DNA from: Nitrospirota bacterium
GTDB taxonomy: Bacteria; Nitrospirota; UBA9217
Direction: 5' to 3'
Assembly (NCBI GenBank): GCA_029858565.1
Contig: JAOUEV010000006.1
Coordinates: 1 to 64,000, forward strand
Length of the DNA: 64,000 nucleotides
The translations under genes were made by a program, and so were the position numbers. Below, piece after piece: positions 51,101 to 60,000 of the stretch. The notes under the pieces were generated by a model, which did no database searches, had not been told where the DNA came from, and saw only the letters and a program-made list of their open reading frames with translations. How positions within the stretch are numbered: position 1 is the stretch's first letter; each line of letters begins with the position of its first letter.

Positions 51101-54100
51101 GTGATATAGAAATCGGTATGGGCTATTATGCTGACGGAAATACCGCATGCATGCGTGACGCGCGTGGAAGTATAGTCTCAATCGCCGAAACAGATTACGA
51201 CACTTCCCGTACATTCCTGCTAAAAAAGAGAAATGCCCTGGGCCATGAGACAGCCACGAAGTATTACGGAGTTGATCAGGAACCTACAGACAATGGTTTA
51301 TATGGTCAGGTTAAGAGCATTACCGGTCCGAACGGTGCGGCAGAGATAGTAAATTCCCAATATGATAGTTTCGGGCGTCGCATTAGAGTTGACCTGCCTG
51401 ATGGTACCTGGCAGACGTGGCAGTACAACAATATCGGTTCTATCGGGACCCAGCATATTCAAACAACGAATAGCGCGGGATTGAGTGCTTGGACATATTT
51501 TGACGGACTCGGACGGACTTTCCTGCAAAAGCAGGTAGGCCCGGATGGAAAAACTATCGCTCAAAATACAGAATATAACAATACAGGAACGGTGAAACGT
51601 TCATCTTTGCCCTATTATTACGGCTTGGAAAGCGTCCGTTATGTGAACTTTGTTTATGACTCCATAGGACGAGTCATACAAAAAAACAATCCAGACGCCA
51701 CAACGGAATATGCATGCTATGACGATGGTGTTATCACTTCGATCGATGCAGAAGGAAAGAGAAAACGCGAAATTCGCAATGCCTTCGGGCAGTTAATCAA
51801 AGTCGAGGAGTACATTGGAACGGGAACTTCCTGCACGCTCAACGCTTCGGACGTATATGCCACGACAACTTACACCTATGATGCAGCGGGCAATCTTCGT
51901 TTTGTAACAGATGCTGAAAACCACGTAATGGAAATGCGTTATGATTCGCTGGGTCGCAAATTTTATATGAAAGATCCAGACATGGGTGAATGGTACTACA
52001 AGCACGATGAAAATGGAAATCTCAAGCGACAAAAAGACGCGAATCTTGCGGTAATAACGTTCGACTATGATAATATCAACAGGCTATCTCTAAAAACTTA
52101 TCCGGATGCAAAAACGGTCCAGTACGTTTACGACGATCCATCTGCTGCTTATTCAAAAGGCCGTTTGACATCAATGGTCGACGAGTCAGGCGTAACGAGC
52201 TATTCTTATGATATTGTAGGCCGTGTCGTAACTGTGAAAAAACGAATAGACGGGCAGGATTACACTGTAACGACTGGCTATTCGAGTGGTCGCTTGTCTA
52301 GCATATCCTATCCCGATCCACAAGGGACTGACCCATTAACGGTGAATCATTCTTACGACGGCGGTGGAAATCTACACCAGCTATCGAGCAGCGCACAGAC
52401 ATTTCTGACTCTCACTGGATACAATGCCCTGGCTCAGCCTGGAACTGCGACCATGGGTAATGGAGCAGCGACAGTTTATCAATATTACCAGACGAACAAT
52501 CGTCTTCAGAGAATTACGACGACCGGTGCATCTCAGACGCATCTGGATATTACGTATGACTATTATGACGCAGGTAATGTCAAGGAAATCAAGGATCAGC
52601 GCGATAATGCACGCTCGCAATGGTTTATTTACGACGATCTGAACAGGCTAGTCGAGGCGCAGAGTACACTTTATGGCGCTTTATTCTTTAGCTATAACCA
52701 AACTGGCAATATCCTTTCGAAACCAGTAGAACCATTGGCTGGGAATGGTGGGGCTCTCCCGAGCGGCGCAACGCCTACCTGTCCAACCGGCACTGCGCTC
52801 AATGGTGCAACCGGTCGCTGTGAAGCAGTGCCGCAATGCAATTCAGGAACGTATAGCTCTTCCCAAAATATATGTATGTCGGAAAGTTTGAGCGAACCAT
52901 CCTGTCTTGCGGGGAGTCAACTTGATATAACAAGGGATCAGTGCATTGCTGCTGCTACTGTTACTACAACCTATTCTGATCCCAGTTGTCCCACGTATTC
53001 CCGGATGTACAGTCAGTTTCCTAGGGTTGATCCAACAACCGACCAGTGCAGTTATTACTCGACCTCAGGATGTAGCTCAAGCATGTGTACAGGCCAAGGT
53101 TTGACATTTACGGGTTGTAAAATCATACCTGCCATTGGTTACCGTACGACATGTCTTGGGCCAGCGCCATCTTGTTCCGTCGGTACCTATGACGCCTTCC
53201 GTAATGCATGTGCGTTAACCACAATATCTTGCCCGGCAGGACTTGCTTATAACTCATCAACGCAGGATTGTGTTGCAGCACCTGTATGCGCCAGCGGAAC
53301 TTACGATCTTTCCCGGAATAAATGCGTCTCAAGCTCCACCGCTGCTGCAACTTGCCCAGCAGGAACAACGCTGAATGGCATTTCGGATAAATGTGAAGCG
53401 ATGCCGACTTGTTCAGCGGGTTCTTATGACGCGGGTCAGAACACATGCGTTTACAATATCGTGCCTGCTACAACATATACATACGACGGGACTGCACATG
53501 CGCTAACCTCTACGTCAGATGGTCGCGTCTATCAACACGATTCGAATGGGAACATGTGGTCAGATGGTCTGCGAACGATAAACTACAATTACGATAACTT
53601 ACCGATATCAATAACTTATAGTGGTATAACGACTACGCTTGTTTATGACGGAAACGGTGATCGGGTCAAAAAAATTACGCCGTCCGGTACGACAATTTAC
53701 ATAGGAAAACTTGCTGAGTGCATAAACGGCGAGTGCACAAAGTACATTTTTGCGGGAGGGACGCGGATTGCCGCAAAGTTTTACAATGATATCAATTACT
53801 ATCATCAGGACCATCTCGGTAGTACCCGGGTCGTAACTGATGGAAGCGGAAACAGTGCCGAGGGCATCCAATACTATCCTTTCGGTGCCACGCTAAGCGA
53901 CACAGGTAGCAACTTCAATCACAGATACACATCTCAGGAATATGATAGGGAAACCGGGCTATATTATTACAACGCGAGGTACTATAACCCGACGCTGGGA
54001 AGGTTCATTAGTCCGGATTCAATTGTTCCTGATCCGGCCAATCCCCAGGCTTTGAACCGATACAGTTACGTCATCAACAATCCGGTAAACTATACAGATC

Positions 54101-54975
54101 CAAGCGGACATGCGTTCTGGAAGCGAATGAACAATTGGTCGAAAAAACCATGGGTTGCTTTTGCGTTACAGATGATTCCTGGTGCCATTGCTCCTGGAGT
54201 CGCAGAATTCGCCACATATCAACTGACGAAATCAAAGAGAGGTCGGCAAATACTAATCGCAGAAGCTGTCATAGCAACAATTGCGGTGTCTTGTGGGGCT
54301 ACTGCGGAGGCGTCAGCGGCAGGTGCGTCAGAAGGAGGGATGGCAACAGCAGACACTTCGCAAATATTTGAAGTATACCCATACGATTTCATCGCACCAA
54401 ATTCTGCCAATGGTGGTTCAGTCATCAGCGGTACGGGTAGTACTGGTAGCGCTGGTGCGGCATCTTATGGATCTTCGGAAGAAATTGCAAGGCAGTCTCT
54501 TGCCGCGATAAAATATGGCGGCACTGCATATATTTCCTATCAAGGCATCAGTGCCGTGGGTGGAGCAATTGGCACGCCACGCAGTGGAGGGGACCACGGC
54601 GGCTCCAATGGTGGCGGACAAAATGGGTATAAAAGTGGATATTGGGATGTAAATACATCCGGCGGATTTATCATTGGGTATACTCATGGATGGCTATTTA
54701 CTGGAAGTAATCATTATGTCTATTCTGGTGGTGGACTTGTGACGCCGGGATATGGTGGTTCCATTACTTGGTCATCATCTGCTCCAACTCCTGGGTGGAA
54801 TGCAGCACTGCAAGTTCAATTTGGTATTGCTATTCAAGTAGGTTATGGGTTTGGTCCTAGTGGTGGCTGGTTTGGGGAGGTTGGTGGAGGGTGGCCCCCA
54901 GGCGCATCATTGACCGGTTACTTCGTTTTTGAAGGCAGACGCAATAATTTACCAAAATTATTGCCATCACATTAA
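48115..54975 (+). CDS. RHS/YD-repeat polymorphic toxin: signal peptide, SpvB-like N-terminus, 7 FG-GAP/VCBS-type repeats, YD repeats, Cys-rich insertion, RHS core, C-terminal putative toxin
   Basis: TGSFSYSIPIEVPAGRKG, GDFxGDG x7, YDxxGR repeats, HQDHLGS, YNARYYNPTLGRFISPD, NNPVNYTDPSG. Confidence 0.92.
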   Translation: MFFLNRWSILKAVLHAVILTVMTVSTVFAVESGQTAPKKSSGLGGEGSGGSGSVVPDLSTGSFSYSIPIEVPAGRKGMNPNLSLIYNSTNGRSWVGYGWELESGAIERNNKSGVDYSKEDYILRMGGATSELIKIETNELGQPVTNEFRVKIEGAFFLIKKVAATNSWELIDKKGVHYYFGQTTLSRLDNPANANEIFKWCLDRVEDTNGNYMTLSYNKTYLQIPWALPDDAQLYLKEIAYAGNTNTGLLPTVNVKFYTELNYDKTDSGSSNFRVRTAYRLKSIDISANGNRVRAYRLRYDVDPGATGNQNSPSSGRYLLTSVEQYGSDADVSPTTGDVTGSSLPATTFSYPLNTNGFSVQEWTGMPNWGDAAYTWVGDFDGDGMMDIATATANGTAIWIKHSQGMTSSQYFVEEQWASGLNTIGPSNFTWAGDFDGDGKTDIATIVNGIVRVRLSRPDNPLGSRFVEQPWSTTITTYYGGMTWAGDFNGDGKTDIAYGVPGSGSWNIWVLASNGAGFDSPQVWQSNSVNWGTTLLGDFNGDGKTDIATYAGGTIWLKVARPDLPSGQRFPETATTNVPSWGQSVWVGDFNGDGRMDIATGTINGLFGGPGTLWVKISTGNYFIEQLWWSGTYTPLIIPNSEWIGDFNGDGRTDIASLYSNSQISIKQSTGFSFTEQLYTVSGLWSDGGYNWAGDFNGDGKDDLATGWYGSIWIRKANVFQVDRLTSIKDSMGSTTTIQYDCSTDFRWNNTLMPFPVQTVSEIRVNDGNGVESSTLYTYLGAYYHIGDRDFRGFNQTQVVGPHGPNGENATTITWFHQGRDTGVDENHPEVSNGYMKGRPYRTKVVGNHNKTYSESTITYAPDDSAPYFNPASEVISYICDGDECGLDSKKTLAFDRFGNLQEERVYGSASAQSPERRVVHTYAENSSSDKWIVSLPLTVELYDQNNALMAKKRIYYDGVGGCTQSAGLATPEKGNVTRIVNEHIDPLPQLQPVIGDIEIGMGYYADGNTACMRDARGSIVSIAETDYDTSRTFLLKKRNALGHETATKYYGVDQEPTDNGLYGQVKSITGPNGAAEIVNSQYDSFGRRIRVDLPDGTWQTWQYNNIGSIGTQHIQTTNSAGLSAWTYFDGLGRTFLQKQVGPDGKTIAQNTEYNNTGTVKRSSLPYYYGLESVRYVNFVYDSIGRVIQKNNPDATTEYACYDDGVITSIDAEGKRKREIRNAFGQLIKVEEYIGTGTSCTLNASDVYATTTYTYDAAGNLRFVTDAENHVMEMRYDSLGRKFYMKDPDMGEWYYKHDENGNLKRQKDANLAVITFDYDNINRLSLKTYPDAKTVQYVYDDPSAAYSKGRLTSMVDESGVTSYSYDIVGRVVTVKKRIDGQDYTVTTGYSSGRLSSISYPDPQGTDPLTVNHSYDGGGNLHQLSSSAQTFLTLTGYNALAQPGTATMGNGAATVYQYYQTNNRLQRITTTGASQTHLDITYDYYDAGNVKEIKDQRDNARSQWFIYDDLNRLVEAQSTLYGALFFSYNQTGNILSKPVEPLAGNGGALPSGATPTCPTGTALNGATGRCEAVPQCNSGTYSSSQNICMSESLSEPSCLAGSQLDITRDQCIAAATVTTTYSDPSCPTYSRMYSQFPRVDPTTDQCSYYSTSGCSSSMCTGQGLTFTGCKIIPAIGYRTTCLGPAPSCSVGTYDAFRNACALTTISCPAGLAYNSSTQDCVAAPVCASGTYDLSRNKCVSSSTAAATCPAGTTLNGISDKCEAMPTCSAGSYDAGQNTCVYNIVPATTYTYDGTAHALTSTSDGRVYQHDSNGNMWSDGLRTINYNYDNLPISITYSGITTTLVYDGNGDRVKKITPSGTTIYIGKLAECINGECTKYIFAGGTRIAAKFYNDINYYHQDHLGSTRVVTDGSGNSAEGIQYYPFGATLSDTGSNFNHRYTSQEYDRETGLYYYNARYYNPTLGRFISPDSIVPDPANPQALNRYSYVINNPVNYTDPSGHAFWKRMNNWSKKPWVAFALQMIPGAIAPGVAEFATYQLTKSKRGRQILIAEAVIATIAVSCGATAEASAAGASEGGMATADTSQIFEVYPYDFIAPNSANGGSVISGTGSTGSAGAASYGSSEEIARQSLAAIKYGGTAYISYQGISAVGGAIGTPRSGGDHGGSNGGGQNGYKSGYWDVNTSGGFIIGYTHGWLFTGSNHYVYSGGGLVTPGYGGSITWSSSAPTPGWNAALQVQFGIAIQVGYGFGPSGGWFGEVGGGWPPGASLTGYFVFEGRRNNLPKLLPSH

Positions 54976-54999
54976 TAGACTCTATTAAGGCGGATAACA

Positions 55000-55224
55000 A
55001 TGAATGAAATTGCATTTGGAGTCATGGGCTTATTTATAGGGTTTCTCCTAATTTATTTCAATAAGCAATTTGCTCGTTTGCTTGTTGAACAGCAGAATAA
55101 GTTTTGGGGGTTCCATTTTGATCATAGAGAAATAATGATTTCAAGAATTGGCGCGTTTATTGCTGGTGCCGGTTTTGTTATAGCAGGATTATTAATGGTA
55201 TTTAAGATAATACATTTTAAATAA
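55000..55224 (+). CDS. Small 2-TM membrane protein, candidate cognate immunity protein
   Basis: Starts 24 nt after the RHS stop, AT-rich, two hydrophobic helices. Confidence 0.6.
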   Translation: MNEIAFGVMGLFIGFLLIYFNKQFARLLVEQQNKFWGFHFDHREIMISRIGAFIAGAGFVIAGLLMVFKIIHFK

Positions 55225-55235
55225 ATAGGGTCAAT

Positions 55236-55260
55236 TGAACTGACCCCCTCCGTTTAGACA
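55236..55260 (+). mobile_element. Possible solitary IS3-family-like terminal inverted repeat
   Basis: TGAACTGACCCCCTCCGTTTAGACA, followed by an orphan AAGGAGG and no transposase. Confidence 0.35.
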
Positions 55261-55352
55261 ATAACACAAAGCGAGTTATTGAAGGAGGCTCTCAAGCTAA
55301 TGAATTCGTAGTGCCCCGTGCTCCACAGGCTGGTTCCAACTAGCGATGAAAA

Positions 55353-55721
55353 ATGAAACCACCATTATTCGTGATTGAAGGTTTTGATATTAGTGCTTAT
55401 GCTTCGCTTGAAAAGCTTGAGAACCACCTGGAGCCATTCTTTGTGAAGGAAGTAAATTATAAGGCATATGATTCTGAAGGAAGACTCTTGACTCTATCAG
55501 TGAAGGTCGAGCGCAAGCCATTTTTTTTTGGATTGTTTAAGGCAGAACGAAAGTGTGTTGTCATGCAGTCGGTTGAGTTAGAACCCAAATATCAAAAAGA
55601 TCTACATGATGCGCTTGTAAATAATTTAGCCTATACAACTGAAGAGAATAAATCAACGTACCAAGAAATGTCACTAAGTAAATTGATCGATATATTTGTG
55701 AAAATTAATGGCTTAACTTGA
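55353..55721 (+). CDS. Hypothetical protein, candidate orphan immunity protein
   Basis: AT-rich 122-aa ORF downstream of the RHS locus; YKAYDSEGRLL. Confidence 0.6.
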   Translation: MKPPLFVIEGFDISAYASLEKLENHLEPFFVKEVNYKAYDSEGRLLTLSVKVERKPFFFGLFKAERKCVVMQSVELEPKYQKDLHDALVNNLAYTTEENKSTYQEMSLSKLIDIFVKINGLT

Positions 55722-55842
55722 AATCGGGAGTTTAACAGTAGCTGACTGAATCATCTAAACATGCCTACTGAACCAAGGTTAACGTTAACCCAATAATTTG
55801 ATATTTGAGTACTTGATCAGAATTGTAAATTCGCGCATGAAC

Positions 55843-56298
55843 TCAATAAATATTTTTCAAATTATGCTGTAGAAATTGATTGATGCTTCGAATGTTCCGC
55901 TTGCACGGCCGCATGCCACGGCTTATCCAATCCAGCAGCTGCTCCGGATCCCGCCCCATAACAGCCCCCAGCCGCTCAAAGGATAGCCCGTTTACCATCT
56001 TAAAGTACCTGAGCCTGCCGAGGGTGTCTTCCGGGCAGGGGAATGGGACATATCCCAGAAATCGTATGATAGCCGGCATATGTCGGATCTCAGGTTCTGT
56101 ACCCCGTTCCCAGTTATAGACCGAGGCTTCGGATACCCCTATTTGCTCGGCAGCCTGTCTTTGGAATAATCCTAAATCTATTCGTCGCTTACGGAGATGC
56201 TCGCCAATGGATTTCGGGTTGCTCGGGTAGCCGGGTCGTGCTACAATCGGCCGTGGTAAAGAATAACTATAAACCGGCCACTCTAAAAAGCTGAACAA
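55843..56298 (-). CDS. XRE-family protein with two HTH-like units; start uncertain
   Basis: IGEHLRKRRIDLGLFQRQAAEQIGVSEASVYNWERG; second unit LGRLRYFKMVNGLSFERLG. Confidence 0.8.
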   Translation of the reverse strand: MFSFLEWPVYSYSLPRPIVARPGYPSNPKSIGEHLRKRRIDLGLFQRQAAEQIGVSEASVYNWERGTEPEIRHMPAIIRFLGYVPFPCPEDTLGRLRYFKMVNGLSFERLGAVMGRDPEQLLDWISRGMRPCKRNIRSINQFLQHNLKNIY

Positions 56299-56780
56299 AC
56301 CCCTGCAAGTGCGGTTTTCACAGCGATCCCCTGCATCAGTGTCTCTGCACGCCCCACCAGGTCCAGACCTACCGGTCCCGCGTATCCGGCCCTCTCATGG
56401 ACCGGATCGATATTCATATCGAGGTGCCGGCGGTCAAGTTCCGCGAGATCGCAGATGATACTCCGACTGAACCGTCTGTTCATATCCGTGAACGTGTGAC
56501 CCAGGCAAGAGAGATCCAGCAGGAGCGTTTCCGGAGTGACGGCATCTACGCCAACGCGCAGATGAAGCCGCGGCACCTCAGGAAGTATTGCAAGATCGGC
56601 GAAGATTCCCAGCGACTTATGGAAGCTGCAATGAGCAAAATGGGCCTCTCCGCCCGCGCGTACAACCGCATCCTCAAAGTCAGCCGCACCATCGCGGACC
56701 TGGACGCCAGCGAGAGTATTGCTACTCATCATATTTCTGAGGCGATTCAGTATCGGAGTTTGGATAGAAGAACGGTCTGA
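56298..56780 (+). pseudogene. comM: Second comM 3' half beginning at NPCKC
   Basis: NPCKCGFHSDP..SGPLMDRIDIH..LSARAYNRILKVSRTIAD..EAIQYRSLDR; in-frame TGA at 56292, no 5' portion. Confidence 0.9.
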
Positions 56781-56855
56781 TTTTAAAAGGACTTTTCAGA
56801 TTTCTCAGAAAAAAAGCTTGCCTGATAAAAACAAACTGCAATATTCGTATTTTTC

Positions 56856-56884
56856 TTGCAACGAAGTTCAATTTACACTACTAT
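56856..56884 (+). promoter_or_regulatory. Putative sigma70 promoter at a position equivalent to the one at 47949
   Basis: TTGCAA-N17-TACTAT after the second comM tail. Confidence 0.5.
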
Positions 56885-57033
56885 TCTTGAAACCTACCCT
56901 TGGAGTGTCGTCCTATTTTCTCAAATCCTTGGTATCATTAAAATGGGCGCTAGGATAAAAATGGCAGTTCGAAGCAGAAAAATGCCGTTATCTGCCAAAA
57001 GAAGCTGTGAACTTCCTGGGACAGCCGGAACGT

Positions 57034-60000
57034 ATGAAAAAAAAGCGAATAGTTATTGTGGAAGATGAAGCGCTGATTGCAATGGAATTGGAACGCCAGC
57101 TGGCCGGGCTTGGATACGAGGTGTGTGGTTCTGCAGTGACGGCAGATGGCGCAATAGGGCTCGTGGAAGCACGAGATCCTGATCTTGTTCTAATGGATAT
57201 TCGCCTCCGGGGCGAAGGGGACGGAATCGAAGCAGCTGCGGAAATACGCAGGCGGTTCGATATTCCCGTGATATTCCTGACGGCCTATGCCGATGACGGC
57301 ACTATCTTTCGGGTACGGCAGGCCGCTCCTTTCGGATATATCCTAAAGCCCTATCGAGAAGAAGATCTGCGTCTGGCTATTGAAGTAGCCCTGGTCAAAC
57401 ATGACGGAGAACGGCAACTTCGGGCTCAGAATGAATCCCTGGAAGCCAGGGTGCGGGAACGCACCGCTGAACTCGGCCGTGCTGTCGATGCACTGAAAGG
57501 GGAAATCGCGGAGCGGACACAGGCGGTCGAGCGTCTTCGGAAGAGCGAAGAGCGGTATCGTTTTCTTTTTGAGGCTATCCCGATAGCCGTGGGGATGGCC
57601 TCGCTCGACGGACAGGCGCTTTTGGCGAACAAAGCGTCGTTGGATCTCTACGGGATGTCCCGGGAAGACCAGCAAGGGATGAATCTTCGGGACCTCTATG
57701 CGAATTCCGCGGAGCGAAGTGAATTGATGCGGCAGCTCCAGGAATCAGGCCGTGTGCGTGACCGCGAAGTGTCCCTGCAGCGAATGGATGGGGCAGGGAT
57801 CACTGTTTTGCTGAACATGGACATCGTGGAAATGGACGGCCAGAAGGTGATCCTGACCACGCAACGCGACATCACCGAGCGCAGGAAGGCGGAGACGGCG
57901 CTGCGGGAGCGGGTGAAGGAACTGACCTGTCAGTACGCGGTCCGGCTCGATATGCAGAAGGATTTGTCTGCTGACGAGTTTTGCACGCGGGTCGTTAACC
58001 ACGTAGTCGCGGCCATGCAATTTCCGGAACTCTGCGCAGCGGAGCTCGAATTGGAGGGGCAGAGGTGTTTTGCCGGGCATCGCGCGGAACGGCAGTCACG
58101 CGAGTTGTATGGGGACATCAAGTCCGGGGACAAGGTCATCGGGCGATTGCGGGTTTGGTGCGTTGATGACAGGCCTTTTATGATGCCTGAAGAGCAGCAC
58201 CTGATCAGCGCCGTAGCTGACATGGTCCGCCAGTGGCATGCATTCCAGAAGGCGCAAAAGGAGATTGAACACCTGGCCAGTTTTCCGACGCTCAATCCGA
58301 ATCCCGTGCTTGAGATCGACGAGACAGGTCAGGTGGTGTTCCGCAATAACGCTGCTGCCGAAATCCTCGCACAGGCCGGCTCGGCCGACCACCGGCTGTT
58401 CTTCCCGCAGGATATGCAGTCGCTCCTGGCTTCCCTGCCCAGGGAGCCGGTATGCCGGGAAGTCGCTTTTGGCGGACGCGTATTCCAGGAAACGATCCAT
58501 GCGCTTCCCGAGTTGAACACCCTGCGCATTTACGCGGCTGATATCACCGAGCTCAAGCTGCTCGACGAAGCGCTCGCCAGGAGCAAGCGGGAGTTTGAAT
58601 CCATATTTGCCTCGATGAACGATGCCGCGATCTTCGCGGACAGCAGGCGCCGGATCGTCAGGATGAACCGGGCCGCGGAAGAGATGTTCGGCTGGAGGCA
58701 TGAGGAGCTGGAGGGAAAAACCACGGAGTGCCTCTATGCGGAGCGGTCCGACTATGACGCGCTCGGCAGGAGTCGTTACAATGTCGCGGCCCGGCGCGAT
58801 CGCGCTTTTTTCGAGATGCGCTACCGGCGAAAGGATGGGAGCGTTTTTCCGGCCGAATCTTTCGGCACGCAGGTGCCGGACGCGGACGGCGGAGTCATGG
58901 GCTTTCTGGGCATTCATCGCGATATCACGGCCCGCAAGGAGGCGGAAGAACAGCTGGCTCGTTACCAGGCGGAGCTCGAGGAAATGGTGAAGTCGCGTAC
59001 CCGGGAACTGCAGGATACCGTCACACGGCTGCAGGAGGAGATCTCTCGTCGGGAAATAGTGAGCCGTGACCTCAATCGAAACAAGCTGTTTCTGACGAAT
59101 ATCCTGAACAGCATCCAGGACGGCATCTGCGTGTTCGACCGGGAACGGCGGATCATGCTCGTGAATAACACGATAGCGAAGTGGATTCCCGGGGTCGGTA
59201 GCCTGGGGTTCCGGACGCATACCTGTGCGGAGCTGTTCCACAGTTTCGGCCGCTGCGACGTGTGCGCCGCGGACTACTCAGAGGAATTCAGCGGAAAACG
59301 GAGCTTGATATTCGCGAGCGGCGACGAGAACGAGAAAAAATGGTTCGAGGTGCATACCTTTCCCCTGATAACGAACGACGACAAGCACGTCGGGCGGGTG
59401 GAATATTTCCGCGACATTACAGCGGCAAAAGACCTGGAGAGTAAGATTGCCGGTTACCAGGAGCAGCTGCGAGCCTTGAATTACGAAATGGCGGACGTCG
59501 TCAACCGGGAACAGCGCAGGATCGCTCAGGAACTGCACGATACCATCCCCCAGACGCTGCTGTTTTGCAGGATGCGGCTGGAGAGGATAGAAAAGCGCGA
59601 CACAGCCGAAGGCCGGCGTTCCGGGCAGTCCTCCGATTTCCGGGAGATCTACCAGTTCCTGGATGACGCCATCGAACAATCGCGCAACCTGATGTTTAAA
59701 CTTGCCCCTCCCATGCTGTACGAACTGGGACTGGAGCCTGCGCTTCAGAGCCTTTTGGACCAGTTCGGCAGGGAACACCCTATAGCCTTCCGGTTCAAGG
59801 GAAGAGAGCTGAAAGCTCCCTTGCAAGGGGATGGCGCCGCCATGGTGTATGGTATGGTCCGTGAACTCCTGGTAAACTGCGTCAAACATTCTGAAGCAAC
59901 GCATGTCGAGGTGGCCGTCAATCGCAGGGACGGCGGTCTTGTCGTCGCGGTCCGGGACAACGGCAAGGGCCGGGAAGCGGGGGCGCAGGCCGGAAATACC

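Larger units (their letters stand above)
47381..56312. mobile_element. Putative genomic island integrated in comM, carrying a replacement comM 3' half
   Basis: Core AACCCCTGYAAGTGC at 47381-47395 and 56298-56312; duplicated diverged comM tail; interior visibly AT-richer; no recombinase seen. Confidence 0.72.
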
